Shown one piece after another: positions 37,609-51,016 of a DNA stretch of 64,000 nt. Origin of the DNA: Octopus sinensis (taxonomy: Eukaryota); assembly GCF_006345805.1 (NCBI RefSeq), contig NC_042999.1, forward strand, positions 59,830,001 through 59,894,000, given 5' to 3'. The position numbers were made by a program, and so were the translations under genes. The notes under the pieces are model-generated. The model was not told where the DNA came from and searched no databases. It worked only from the letters and a program-made list of their open reading frames with translations. Each line of letters begins with the position of its first letter. The first letter of the stretch is position 1.

Positions 37609-38359
37609 GTATTCACACATGGAACTATGTAGAAAATCCAAAATAACAGCAAATATAATAAATTTATACAAATGTAGATACATCAAACACTTATATATTC
37701 ATGCAAGCTTACATCCATACACACATGAATATATGCATACAATTTGCTCTCTTCATATGCGATGTACGCGCCAGCATATATGAATAAAATACATACACAC
37801 GTGCATGCATGCATACACACAAATATGCGCATATAGCCGCAGGCTCTGCTCCTTCACGAGCGTACATATTGCTGTTTAAAACCTCTGCCATCTTCTGTTA
37901 ATAATTTGTCATCCATTCATTCATATCCTACCACTTCTGCCATACTTTCGCCTCTATCTAGCCTTCAGCCAGACTGTGAAATGTCCATAGATTTTCATAG
38001 AGAATTCGCAAAGAGGTCTTATATGTGTGCATATACCTGAATGGGAATAATGGCAAGTAGGCTAATGGCTGCGCTGATGATAGTGTTGATGATGATAATG
38101 ATGGTGCTGGTAGTAACGATGAAGATGTTGATGTTGGTGATGATGATGGTATAAGAAATGATTGTATTTCTGTTATTTATGATTGTCAGCGATACAAGTG
38201 GGAAACTGCAAAATGCATATTATGAAACGAGTTTTGATTTCTTGTTTTTGTTTTTGTTTTTTTTTTATTTTTGTTGTTCTTTCACCTGAGAGCCAATTTG
38301 GAAAACTTTATATGGTTGCCTATTCTCTGCTAGAAATCTCAGCCACAAATTCCTCGTAG

Positions 38360-38529
38360 GCGTAGGAGTGGCTGTGTGGTAAGTAGCTTGCTTACCAACC
38401 ACATGGTTCCGGGTTCAGTCCCACTCCGTGGCACCTTGGGCAAGTATCTTCTACTATAGCCTCGGGCTGACCAAAGCCTTGTGAGTGGATTTGGTAGACG
38501 GAAACTGAAAGAAGCCCATCGTATATATG

Positions 38530-38564
<35 letters not shown>

Positions 38565-38870
38565 ATGTTTGTGTGTCTGTATGTGCCCCCCCCCAACATT
38601 GGCAGACGGAAACTGAAAGAAGCCCATTGTATATATGTATATATATGTGTGTGTGTGCGTGTATGTTTGTGTGTCTGTGTTTGTCCCCCACAACATCGCT
38701 TGACAACCGATGCTGGTGTGTTTACGACCCCGTAACGTAGCGGTTCGGCAAAAGAGACCGATAGAATAAGTACTAGGCTTACAAAGAATAAGTCCTGGGG
38801 TCGATTTGCTCGACTAAAGGCGGTGCTCCAGCATGGCCACCGTCAAAATGACTGAAAGAAGTAAAAGAGT
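38360..38870 (+). mobile_element. family B tRNA-headed SINE (CORE-like CCTTGGGCAAGT block, internal TA/TG microsatellite), full length with internal duplication
   Basis: GGAGTGGCTGTGTGGTAAGTAGC..GGTTCAGTCCCAC..CCTTGGGCAAGT..GGAAACTGAAAGAAGCCC (twice)..GGTGCTCCAGCATGGCC..ACTGAAAGAAGTAAAAGAG. Confidence 0.9.
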
Positions 38871-39140
38871 TTAATAAGTTTGACTCAACTCCACACATGA
38901 CTTAGAGATTTGTAGGCACGTAGAACGACACACAGAAGAAAGTGTGTAGATTGGCTGTCTAATTTGACAGCGAAGTATACCAGTTTTCAGCACCAGTCAC
39001 CTATATACTCCTAAAATTATATAGTGTCCAGAATGTATAGAATGTTTCAATGTAATCGCTCCCTAGTCGGAATTAGCATCACACTGTGTTAAACAAGCCG
39101 GCCTCTTGCATCACATCGGTTGAGTATTCTATGTGTTAAA

Positions 39141-39360
39141 CACTTTTGTTACTGTATTTATTTTGAGATGCTCTGTATTTCTTTCAATTACTTTAAATAT
39201 AACAAAGACTTTAGTAAAATAACTTCGTTATCATTCAGCAAGTGTTAGGAATATAAATTGTGACTAAGGTTTGGTGGAAGATTTATATTCAAAACTTATG
39301 AAAACAAGACATTTGTACTCAGAGCGAAAGCCGGTTTCAGCCAGGTTGGTATCAAAAGGG
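39141..39360. mobile_element. piggyBac-like MITE family 1
   Basis: TTAA near the left end, AAAAGGG|TTAA at the right end; same body as 23875. Confidence 0.75.
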
Positions 39361-39391
39361 TTAAGAATTGTTTCTCTATTATATATTTTAA

Positions 39392-39611
39392 CCCTTCTCT
39401 TACCATATTTCTGTTGAGATGCTCTGTGTTTCTTTCAATTACTTTAAATATAACAAAGAATTTAGTAAAATAACTTCGTTATCATTCAGCAAGTGTTAGG
39501 AATATAAATTGTGACTAAGGTTTGGTGGAAGATTTATATTCGAAACTTATGAAAACAAGACATTTGTACTCAGAGCCAAAGCCGGTTTCAGCCGGGTTCG
39601 TAATGAAAGGG
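39392..39611. mobile_element. piggyBac-like MITE family 1, tandem neighbour
   Basis: TTAA|CCCTT...GAAAGGG|TTAA. Confidence 0.8.
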
Positions 39612-39854
39612 TTAAGTGGTTATGTACGTCATAGGTACATATAGTATATGCCTTAATGTAATTCTTTGACAGAATCGGTGTGACACAAGGTACACAATGC
39701 AGCTTGTATCCAGTAATTGGCTGAATATTACACAAAGAGACATAATTACTGGTACAGTCTATCCGATGACTTTCTACAAGATTTCCAGTTTCACACTCAA
39801 AGTATTAGCCTCAGGTATATTTGATTTCAAATTTTGGCGCAAGACCAAAAATTT

Positions 39855-40035
39855 CGGAGTAGGAGGTAAGTCGATTACACTGACTCCAGTGTTCAACTGG
39901 TACCTCAATTTATGAACCTCTGAAAGGATGAAAAGTGAAGTCAACCCCAGCGGAATTTGAACTCAGAACGTTAAGACGGACGAAATGCTGCTAAGCATTA
40001 TTGCCTGGTGTGCTAACGTTTCCGCCAGCTTGGCA
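39855..40035 (-). mobile_element. family D SINE
   Basis: Diagnostic blocks. Confidence 0.8.
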
Positions 40036-40065
40036 TTTACAACCTAAACCATATTAAATGTATAA

Positions 40066-40370
40066 TACGTGGAGGCGCAATGGTCCAGTGATTAGGGCAT
40101 CGGACTCGCGGTCAGAGGATCGTGGTTTCGATTCCCAGACCGGGCGTTGTGTGTTTATTGAGCGCAAAAACCTAAAGCTCCACGAGGGTGGTGGCGACCC
40201 CTGTTGTACTTTTTCTCCCCAACTTTCTCTCACTCTTTCTTCCTGTTTCTTGAGTAACGCTGCGATGGACTGGCGTCCCGTCCAGCTGGTGGGTGGGGGG
40301 GAATACATACGCCACAGAAACCTGGAAACCGGGCCCATGAGCCTGGCTAGGCTCGAAAAGGGCGCATAAA
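40066..40370 (+). mobile_element. family E tRNA-headed SINE
   Basis: GGAGGCGCAATGGTCCAGTG (A-box-like)..GGTTTCGATTCC (B-box-like)..GGGCCCATGAGCCTGGCTAGG..AAAGGGCGCATAAA. Confidence 0.88.
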
Positions 40371-41027
40371 TAAAAATAATAATAAATTCACTGTAAAATC
40401 GAACGCAAGACTTTTTCGATTGCTTAACGAACTTTTTACTCACTCAACCGTATATTAATGCACGTACACACAACACACCACGTACGCGGCATACTCTCTT
40501 GCCACAGACTACAGATGGAGGCGTCTACGCAGTTTCTTACTGAAAAAACCTGCACAGGTGATTGTTTATTGTGACCAAACGTTTGTGCTGCTCAGGTGCG
40601 CAAGTGTGCCACACGTCAGCTGTCGAAGTGAACGTAGAGCAACGAGAAAGGAAGGTGTTTTGTTCAAGAACACAACGGACCCGCCTGGTCCAGAAATTAA
40701 AACCGCAATGTTGCGATCGTGTGCGCAACGCCCTAGTTAGGCCACGCATACTCACTTTCTTTCTCTCTCTCTCTCTCTCTCTTTGTTGTTTCTTTCTTCC
40801 TTTCACTTTGAGATTCCATTCAGTTTACTCTTTAATGGACTTCGTTCGTTTCCTATTTCAAATTGTTTTTAATTTCATTTCAATTGTTCTCTTGTTTTAG
40901 TTAATATTTATTTTTACTTCTACACCTCCCACACAGAACCGCACCTCCATAAATATCTCTCTTCAGTGTTGATTTTTTCTTTTTTTACCCTTTTTAAATT
41001 GCCTCTTATTTACACTATCCCTTTCAC

Positions 41028-41029
<2 letters not shown>

Positions 41030-41113
<84 letters not shown>
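41030..41113. repeat. (TATC)n tetranucleotide
   Basis: Direct inspection. Confidence 0.98.
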
Positions 41114-41115
<2 letters not shown>

Positions 41116-42124
41116 AACTGTTATTCCCTTTCTTTTTCCTTCTCTTTTATATTCCTTTTGTTTGTACTTTCTTCTCTCACTCCCTTGTCTCATCTCTTTT
41201 CATCTGTATCCTATCCTTTCTTTTTCTCCCCCATGTCATCGATAATCTATCTTCTTTCTCTGTCATGTCATCTATATTCTATCATCTAGTCTGCCCTTTC
41301 TCTCTCCCTCTCATCTCATCTACATATCCTTATCGTTTCTTCTTTCTATTATGTCATTTTTTTATCTATCCCATCTCTCCCACACACACTCTCTCATTCT
41401 TGTTTACTTTTTCTCTTAAGTCATCTATATTCTATCCTTTCTCCGACTTTCTCTCTCATGTAATCTATAGCCTATCATTTATTTTCCCCTCTTGTATCAT
41501 CTCTATCCAACCCTTTCTCTCTTACCTTTACTCTATCTCTAACCCATGTCGTTCACCATTCCTTTCTTTTATTTGTGTTTGACCCGCGGTAACCTTTCCT
41601 ACCTCCCCTTCCTCGCGTTCCTCACAAAGCTCTGCCCCCTCCCTCTACAGCTCATTACGTCTTCTTCTTACCCCTTCTTCCTTCTCCATCTTTTACCTAG
41701 CATTACTATTCAGTTTATTATATTTTATTATTATTATTATTATTATTGTTATTATAATTGTTATCGTTATGTTGCATGTGTTTTACCTTCCTGAATGGCA
41801 AGTGTGCTAGTTTCGAACCAATCACGGCTAATTTGTTGCATGTAGCCTTTGTGGGGACGTGTTTATTTGTACTTCCTCTCTATTGCCTTTCTTTCTCTCT
41901 TCTCCAACTCACTTTCTCTCTCTCTCTTACTCTCTCTCCTCTTACTCTGTCTCCCTTTTTCTTAATTTCTCACACGATTTCTTTTCCTTTTTTTTTTTTT
42001 TGCTTAATCTTTTTCTTTCACACTCTCACTCTATCTCTTTTTAATTCCTCAAGCTGTGATCTCTATTTATCTCTCCCTTTCTCTACTCCTACCTTATCTC
42101 TCGCTGTCTTACCATTCCTACTCT

Positions 42125-42365
42125 ATCTCTCTTTCTACTCCCACTCTTTCCCTGTCGTCTGCTGCTTTCAGTTCCTCCCCCCACTCTCTCTGTCTGCTGC
42201 CTCCTCAGCTCTTTCTCTACTCCCACTCTTTCCCTGTCGTCTGCTGCTTTCAATCTCCCTCTCTCTCTGTCTGCTTGCCTTCTCATCTCTTTCTCTACTC
42301 CCACTTTTTCCCTGTCGTCTGCTGCTTTCAGTCCCCCTCCCTCTCTCTGTCTGCTGCCTTCTCAT
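42125..42365. repeat. about 80-bp pyrimidine-rich tandem repeat, three copies
   Basis: CTACTCCCACT(C/T)TTTCCCTGTCGTCTGCTGCTTTCA three times. Confidence 0.9.
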
Positions 42366-43539
42366 ATCTTTCTTTTCATTCTCTTTTCTTTTCTCCCACT
42401 GATAATTCCCTCCCACTCTCTTTCTTTCTCTTTCCCGCTCTCACTCGCCCCCACCACACACTCTCGGCTGCCTTCCTTTCTCTTTCATTCACTGCCTGTT
42501 GCCTATTCACTTCTCGTTTTCATTGTTCTCTGTAGTAGTTATTGTATCAATCACACACACAAGCGCACCTTACGTTAATTTAGATACAAATATATTTATA
42601 TACACATATATATAAAATATCGTCTTTCTCAGCAAATGCTTCCAAGAAATTATGTGTAAGTAAGATATTAATCTGGATATTTTCGTGTCTGTGTGTGTGC
42701 GCCGTGTGAGTTATTGGAATTACTTAAAAATACATATATATATTTATGTGTGTACGTACGTATCTTTGTGTGTTTGTCCCCCCAAACGACCGCTCGATAG
42801 CCGGTGTCGGTTTGTTTACGTCCCCGTAACTTAACGGTTCGATTAGTACAAGCCTTGGAAAAAAAATAAGGAATAACGATTGAAACGAGAGATAGAAAAA
42901 ATGAGATGTTTCTACACATGTAAAAATACAATTAGGATGGTAGATAGATAGACAGAGAGAGAGAGATGCATGTATATACGTTTGTGTATGTATACATATG
43001 TGTGTGTAATATATGCGCGCGTGTGAGTGTGTTGTACATCCATGTGCTTATGTATGTCGACGCGTATTTCTGTGTACACGCATATAAGTATGCATATTCA
43101 TGTGTATGTGTACCTAAGTACCCGCTTTAAGGCACGCGTAATTACCCGGGGGTCTTTACAAGTCTAGGGGCCGAATTGTTAGATCTGTGTATGTTGTGGC
43201 TTGCTGTTAGTAAACAGATTGCTATAGGGCCCAGAGCCTTCATTTGTACAGAGACCTATAAGTCTGTTCAGATAGCTCTGTGTGTATACATACCTGTGTT
43301 CAGAGCTTCGTATCGATATTTGAATCAATACAACATGAATAAGATCATTTTTTGTTGTTGTTGTTGTTGTTGTAGCAGTTGTTTTGCAGCTGGATGCGTT
43401 TCCAAACAGCTGACTACTCAGTGTACAAGGCTGACTTTTATAAGTTAAGCAAACTGGAGGAAGCAGAGTTACAACCCTTGGCATTAAGTCCCCGAAGTAA
43501 TAATTAAGTCAGAACTAAACTACCTTGTTACTTACTATT

Positions 43540-43964
43540 GGATCTTTGCGGTTTGAACAGCAGTTTTTAACATAATTTCTAGGTAACTAAAAAATTTTAA
43601 ACTTCGTATACTGGTAGAATGTGTTTATAAAACATTTTTTTCTCTTGGCTTTATCGAGAAGATTCTATAGTTTGTAAGATATTTGTTGTTTTTTTCTTCA
43701 ATTTTTGCAGTTTCAACCAATCACTGACGTCCATTGAGGTAAACAACATTCTGTGCCGTATGAATATGCCCCTCGTTTTAGAAACAGATTGGGTTTATTT
43801 ACATTTGTGAAGAAAAAAAGATACCCTTCCTCCACCCCTAACCATAACCCTAACTAACCCTAAAATAGATTGAAATGCAATAGATCGATACTATGGTCAT
43901 AATTATGGGTGACAATTTCATATGACACCGCTAGAAAAAACTGCCGTTCAAACTGAAAAGATCC
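43540..43964. mobile_element. MITE with 29-bp TIRs and a perfect 8-bp TSD
   Basis: GGATCTTTGCGGTTTGAACAGCAGTTTTT / AAAAACTGCCGTTCAAACTGAAAAGATCC (26/29 match); TTACTATT at 43532-43539 and 43965-43972. Confidence 0.88.
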
Positions 43965-44548
43965 TTACTATTTACTTCAGTGCATAACCTTACACTCATT
44001 ATATCTTAAAATCAAATGGGGGGAAGGGGCGGTCCTTTACATGATCCAGTGGTGTACCTAGAGTTTGTGCCACCTGGATCAGTTCTTGATTTTGCCAGGT
44101 CCGCCCGAAGCTTATACAGGTTTATATATCAGAACCCAAAGTGCTGTGTCTCTATAAAAACATTGCATAGGAAAAAAACAAATCCCATGTCCCACTATCT
44201 AGCCAGCTACACTACTGGCATGATCATACAAACTGTTAGAAACACCAGCTAAATCTTCCTTGAATCATATGCACTTGATAACATATTGAGAAATGTAGTT
44301 CCTGATATGTGAACAAGATGGGATTGCCACTGATGTAAGCGCATAGAAATAAACCCCTTCAGTCAAAGCCCTGCTCCATGGAGACAAAACAGTGGCTAGA
44401 CTGAGTGGATAAAAAGTTTGCTTAGCTGTGATATTACTTCTGGTTCAATACCACTTTGCAGCTCCTTAAACAAGTGTTTCTTATGATAGTTTGAGATTAA
44501 TCAAAATCTCTTCTGGTTGAAACTAGCCAGAATTGTGGACAACCATTA

Positions 44549-44740
44549 TGAGGGGTTACTGAAAAGTTCCTGGCTTTAAGGCTATCACGAAAGGCCTGGC
44601 TGGAGGCCCACACTTCCAAGTTCTTTTACAGGGCTTGCAAAAACTGAAGGGCCGCTGCAATAAGTGTGTGTATCTGAGAGGGGAATATGTTAAATAAAGT
44701 CATAATTAACTAATCCTAATAGAATAAATAAATTCTATCT
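44549..44740. mobile_element. same MITE family, reverse orientation
   Basis: TA|TGAGGGGTTACTGAAAAGTTCCTGGCTTT; body is the reverse complement of 15850-16015. Confidence 0.7.
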
Positions 44741-44931
44741 GACCCATGTAAGGGTGGAAATGTGGACGTTAAAATGGCCTTGATGTATATCATTTGTGTG
44801 CATGGTTAAGTTTTGCAAAAATGTGGGTCTAGATTTGTTAGCAGAGCATGGTACTGCAAGTAGACATCTTCTACTCTTGTGTCAACTTACTCATTGTGAG
44901 TAGAATTAGTAGACAGAAAGCATAGGGAATT

Positions 44932-45170
44932 TAAAGCGGCGAGCTGGCAGAAACTTTAGCACACCGGGCGAAATACTTAGCGGTATTTTGTCTGCCGTTT
45001 CGTCTGAGTTCAAATTCTGCTGAGGTCAACTTTCTATTCATCCTTACGGGGGTCAATAAATTAAGTACCAGTTACACACTGGGGTCACTGTAATCGACTC
45101 AATCCCTTTGTCTGTCCTTGTTTGTCCCCTCTATGTTTAGCCCCTTGTGGGCAATAAAGAAATAAGAAAG
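44932..45170 (+). mobile_element. family D tRNA-headed SINE (tail type 1)
   Basis: GCGGCGAGCTGGCAGAA..GAGTTCAAATTC (B-box-like)..GAGGTCAACTT..TAAGTACCAG..GCCCCTTGTGGGCAATAAAGAAAT. Confidence 0.88.
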
Positions 45171-45205
45171 CATAAGGAAATGTATTCTCTCTCTCTTTAT
45201 ATATA

Positions 45206-45259
<54 letters not shown>

Positions 45260-45264
45260 ATATT

Positions 45265-45521
45265 GTTTATTCCTTCTCAAGCCATGCCTGGCTCATAAGG
45301 GCCAGTTTCCTGGACAGGATACTGGTCCATCACAGGTGAGCTGCTAGATGCAGGAGGGAAGAAGGAGAGAAAGTTGTTTTGAAAGAGTCAGCAGAACTTT
45401 TGCCATTACCTTCTGCCAGAGGCATGTGGAGCATATGTGTTTTGCTCATAAACGCACACATTGCCCAGTCTTAAGTTCGAACTCGTGAGTCCACTGTTCC
45501 AACCACTAGGCCATGTGCCTC

Positions 45522-45525
<4 letters not shown>
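45265..45525 (-). mobile_element. family E-related SINE
   Basis: Collinear with 35530-35795. Confidence 0.75.
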
Positions 45526-45570
<45 letters not shown>

Positions 45571-45690
45571 TTAGTTTAAATAATTGATAAGGAATACGGA
45601 TTGTACTGTAAGCTTTATTTAGTACGCTGATCGTTTCATCTTACACTCTGTCTTTCCTATTAATTATTTAGATAAAAAAAAAAAAATTTT

Positions 45691-45922
45691 GAGCGAGGTC
45701 GTTGCCAGTACCGCCTGACTGGCCCCCGTGCCCGTCGAAAGTAAAAGCACCCACTACACTCTCGGAGTGGTTGGCGTTAGGAAGGGCATCTAGCTGTAGA
45801 AACTCTGCCAGATCTTGGCTGGAGCCTGGTGCAGCCATCTGGTTCGCCAGCCCACAGTCAAACCGTCCAACCCATGCTAGCATGGAAAGCGGACGTTAAA
45901 CAATGATGATGATGATGATGAT
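45691..45922 (+). mobile_element. family A retroposon
   Basis: Diagnostic blocks and (GAT)n tail. Confidence 0.88.
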
Positions 45923-46289
45923 ACTAAATGTGCACCGAGAAATTCCCTGCAACGTAAGTGCAGTACGTTGGATGATGCCTCAGAGCCGTGTGTGGGTGAA
46001 CATGCTCTCGAGGTACACTACTAAGGACATACCTAAGACGTCTGGATACTGGATTTTAAAGTCTCCTGTCAGATCGGGCATTGCATTATGTTCTTGAGCA
46101 AGGCACTTCTTTTTACGTTGCTCTGTGATCATTTCGTCATCTGACATGTTGTACATGGTGCACCTGTACAGATAATATCGATTTGATAGAGGGAGTGAGA
46201 TTATGTGCACGCATAATCATTTGTGCAGGTTACTTGGCAAGAGCTGAATGCTCATACATCATCTTTGATGGGAGAGTCCATCATTCATA

Positions 46290-46510
46290 TATATTTCTTT
46301 ACTACCCACAAGGGGCTAAACATAGAGGGGACAGACAAAGGGATTAAGTCGATCAGATCGACCCCAGTGCGAAACTGGTACTTTATTTATCGACCCCGAA
46401 AGAATGAAAGGCAAAGTCGACCTCGGCGGAATTTGAACTCAGAACGTAACAGCAGACGAAATACGGCTACACATTTTGCCCGGCATGCTAACGTTTCTGC
46501 CAGCTCGACG
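46290..46510 (-). mobile_element. family D SINE (tail type 1)
   Basis: Reverse complement of the above. Confidence 0.88.
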
Positions 46511-46544
46511 CCATATTCATCATTCATATAATACGCACACACGT

Positions 46545-46800
46545 TCAGCTTTTGCCAGTTGCTCTGCCCAAATGATTTGTTTATAGTGATCAAATGTTTG
46601 TGTCACACATTAGCTCACTCTCTCCATCAAATTGATGTCACCTTAGCAGGTGCATTGCGTGCCATGGGTCAGGTGTCGAAGTGATTGCACAGCAACATGA
46701 GATGAAGTGTTTTGCTCAAGAACACAACACGCCACCCGGTCTTGGAATTGAACTCATGATCGTTAGAGCATGAGTGCAACACTCTAACCACCATGTGCTC
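46545..46800 (-). mobile_element. family G SINE (related copies near 40545-40750, 46075-46260 and 49265-49550)
   Basis: Shared GTGTTTTGCTCAAGAACACAAC block with distinct tails. Confidence 0.6.
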
Positions 46801-46811
46801 TCACTGTGTAC

Positions 46812-46876
<65 letters not shown>

Positions 46877-46883
46877 ATATATA

Positions 46884-47278
46884 TACTAGCAGTATCGCCC
46901 AGCTTTGCTCGGGTTTGTTTCGACCCTTTAGAATTGGAAGTTTTGAAAAGTAAAAATTTTGCATTATGTAACTTGTTATTCTTTTTAAGGGAACATTTTT
47001 CTCGTTGAAATACACCGAAAAATGGCGACACAGCAGTCAAAACATCGTAAAAATTAGGGATTTTCATAGAAAAAAAAGCACCTTTTTGATGTAAATAATT
47101 TTTGTTCTTAACATGGTCCGATTTGAATTTTTTCTTCTGCAGAAGGAAGAGCAAGCCTTCTATCATACTCTCAATTTTGGTCAACTTGCACCACAGAGTC
47201 TTGGAGGAGATAGTGTTAGTTGAAAGCTACCAAACCTGCCACACACAGACAACTTCAGCTTTTATATATATATATAAA
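46884..47278 (+). mobile_element. non-autonomous Helitron-like element (same termini, different interior)
   Basis: TACTAGCAGTATCGCCCAGCTTTGCTCGGGTTTG ... ACACAGACAACTTCAGCTTTTATATATAT. Confidence 0.55.
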
Positions 47279-48388
47279 TATATATATGTATATATACACA
47301 CACACTCACATACATACACATATGCATATGTGCACTCGTCTATGCATATATGCATTTGAACATATACATTAAGTATATTTGTAACTAATGCTATAAATTT
47401 TGTGTATTTCATTGTATTGATTTTCTGCATTGTTGTTAACCTCGGGTCAGACCAGAAGCAGCAAAGATCAAAAGGATTCCAGCTGTGACCATCCCATCAT
47501 GTTTATTTTCCATTTTTCTTTTCTGTTTTTTTTGTTTTTGTTTTTTTTTTGATGTAGTGACTCTAAAACTCCATTATCCAGTTTGTCTTTCCTGTTGTTT
47601 TAAGCTGTTAGGGTGTGATATCAAAGAGATTGATGTATTTGTTATATGTTGCAACTTGTGACTAAAAGCATCACATTGGTTAGGAGTTTCAAATGGGTCT
47701 GCTCTCTGGCTCATTGCATTTTCATAGGGAGATTGACAAGGTGGGAGGGGTGTCGGGTAACTTGGTACAGAGAAAAACAACAGAGGACACTCTGCTCTAA
47801 GACTCCTTTTTGTTGTTGCTTTTTTTTTTTTTTAATGTTTATCATGTTTTGGATGATGTCAGCAAAATATCTAAAAAAACATATCCCGGATGAGTCAAAA
47901 GTCCTTCAACTTTGATACAAACTGGCTAACGACTGAGCTCAGCAGAATTCAGCTAAGCATCTTAAATGTATATTTTGCATGTTTTGTCTCCTTCGTCCTT
48001 CTCTTCTGTCTCTCCCATCCTCCCACCTCTTCGCTACAGCCTTTACCCACCTCTAATGCATTCATTAACTCCCCCCCCACAACCCCAACATAGCAGAAAC
48101 ATGGCCGTGTGGTGAAGGAGCTTGGTTTGCAACCACAACTTTATGGGTTCAGTCCTACTGCACAGCAATGTCAGGCGAACATCTACTATAGCCTCAGCCA
48201 TGGGCTAACCAATGCCTCTTGAGTGAATGTGATAGATGGAAACTCTGTAGAAGCCTATTATGTGTTTATATATATATATATATATATAAATATACACATA
48301 AATATATATATATACATACACATAAATATATATACACATATATATATGTGTGTATATATATACACACATAAATATATATATAGACATA

Positions 48389-48419
<31 letters not shown>

Positions 48420-48446
48420 GTCTATATATATATGTATATGTATGTG

Positions 48447-48511
<65 letters not shown>

Positions 48512-48574
48512 GTGTGTATATATATATATGTGTGTGTGTGCACATACATACACACATATATATGTGTATATATA

Positions 48575-49020
48575 TTGGGTCATCCCATAGATAATGCAGT
48601 TTTTTTCCCTTTATTTTTCAAAGTTAAGATAAACAGAGTTCTTTTAAAATCTAAAATATACTCTCCTTCATTTTCTACAAGGCCTTTCTATTTAACTGGT
48701 AGACTTTCAAGGCCCCTCTTCCAAAATTCACTTGTCCATGACGAAAAAGTTCTCCTCCAGTACTCTTCTCAACCTGTCTACAAAATTCCTATTTTTTCTG
48801 TCCAAATAATTTTGAAGACCGCAGAATAAATGATAATCAGATGGGGCAATGACTGGTGAATATGGTGGGTGGGACATCATTTCCTAGTGAAACTGCTCCA
48901 GCCTTTGGAATGTTGTCCTTGTATGAGGTCGAGCATTATCCTGAAGGAAGAACACCTTTCATCTTGAAACCAAAGTTTATTGGTTTTCTTCTCGCATTGA
49001 TTTAAGCCACTCAAGCTGCT
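48575..49020 (-). mobile_element. mariner transposase 3' relic (different lineage from the 36-37 kb copy)
   Basis: Minus strand reads [37 protein letters not shown]; TA|TTGGGTCATCCCA-type terminus at 48575. Confidence 0.88.
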
Positions 49021-49059
49021 TGCAGTAGATCTCCTTTGTTATCATCTGGTTTGAGTTTA

Positions 49060-49229
49060 AATTATGATTTTACTCAACACAGCATGTTTCCCTCTCAGAA
49101 TCACGCACTTATTTCAGCAGTCCTTTTGTTTTTTTCTAAGCCCTGTAAAAGAACTCGGAAGGTTGAGCCTCCATCCAACCAGGCCTTTCGCAATACCCTT
49201 AAAGCCAGGAACTTTTCAGCACCCTTTCA
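49060..49229. mobile_element. same MITE family
   Basis: AAGCCCTGTAAAAGAACTCGGAAGGTTG...AAAGCCAGGAACTTTTCAGCACCCTTTCA. Confidence 0.7.
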
Positions 49230-49614
49230 TGTATTCAAACTAGCACTCCATTGGTCACAACGATGAGTGTTCCAGTTGATTTGATCAATGGATCAGCCAA
49301 CTCTCGTAATTAATATGCAAATGGCTGGGCACTCTGCAAACATGTGTAGCCTTAATGTAGTTCTCAGAGAGAGATTCAGCACGACACAGGATGTGACAAG
49401 GCTGGCCCTTTGAAATACAGGTGCAACTCATTTTTGCCAGGTGAGGAGACTGAAGCAACATAGAATAAAATGTTTTGTTTAAGGACATAGTACACTGTCA
49501 GGAATCAAACCCATGACTGTAGGATCACAAGTTGTATGCCCTTGCCACAAGCCACATGCCTTTACACACACATACACATATGCAAGCACACGCACACACA
49601 CACCTATATATATA

Positions 49615-49956
49615 TTTGCCAGCCTCCCCTGGTACCTATGCTGGTGGCACGTAAAAGAACCATCCAAACGTGGTCGATGCAAGCGCCTCCTTGACTGGCT
49701 TCCGTGCTGGTGGCATGTAAAAAGCACCAACCGATCATGGCTGTTGCCAGCCTCCCCTGGCACCTGTGCTGGTGGCATGTAAAAAGCACCCACTACACTC
49801 ACGGAGTGGTTGGCGTTAGGAAGGGCATCCAGCTGTAGAAACACTGCCAGATCATACTGGAGCCTGGTGCAGCCTCCATGGCTTCCCAGACCCCGGTCGA
49901 ACCGTCCAACCCATGCTAGCATGGAAAACGGACGTTAAATGATGAGGATGATGATG
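49615..49956 (+). mobile_element. family A retroposon
   Basis: Diagnostic blocks and tail. Confidence 0.9.
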
Positions 49957-50365
49957 GTGGTGGTGGTGGTAGTGGTGGGTGGTCTGTTTAACTTGAATAA
50001 CCTTTAGTTTACATTCTCGGAATAAAAATAATAAATCCCTTGTTGGAATTATTCATCAGAATCCTTGTTTATTTACTAATTTTTATCAGCTTGCTTAGAA
50101 GGAAACATTGTTCGGGGTGTCAAACGAAATGAAATGAGATGAAATGGCAGGATGGTGGGTGAGGGCGGTGGGGAGTGGATCAGAAAAAAATGAAAAACAC
50201 AAAGAAAGGAAAAAGAAAAATGGCAAACAGGAAGTGAGAAAATATCATTTGTTGTGTTCCTTTCAAATCTGCCAGATCAGCCACCTCCTAGAGTAATGAA
50301 CCATGTACATTATATTGCTTTTCGCATGTAATCTACTCTTTCCTCTCCATTGATATACACCCGTC

Positions 50366-50435
<70 letters not shown>

Positions 50436-50754
50436 CAGCATCATCATCTGCATCATTGTAATTATTATTGTTATTATTTACTAATATTTTTTCCACCTTT
50501 GTTTATTTTTATTTTTATTTTTATTTCCCCTTTAATGATCTTCTTAGCTCTCCTTCTTTTGTTTGTGCATGTGTATGTGTGTGTGTATTGTTTTTTTTTT
50601 CTATTTATCATAAACAAATAAATAAATCAATAAATAAAATAATAATGTTATTGCTTTTTCCAGCCTACTACATAATTTGTAATCTCCCCCCCTCTTCACT
50701 GTTCCATGAATTGCCTATGTGTTATTCATGTATTTACTGGAGCAATGAGTGGCA

Positions 50755-50804
<50 letters not shown>

Positions 50805-50819
50805 ATACATACATATATA

Positions 50820-50861
<42 letters not shown>

Positions 50862-50879
50862 GTGTGTGTGTGTATATAT

Positions 50880-50956
<77 letters not shown>

Positions 50957-50985
50957 TAAGTATGTGTGTGTATATATATACATAC

Positions 50986-51016
<31 letters not shown>

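Noticed and set aside
40066-40145. tRNA gene-like sequences here and at about 22228, 35720-35790, 5651 and family B/D heads
   Set aside because: A/B-box-like motifs are present, but the acceptor stems are imperfect and each continues into a multi-copy SINE body.
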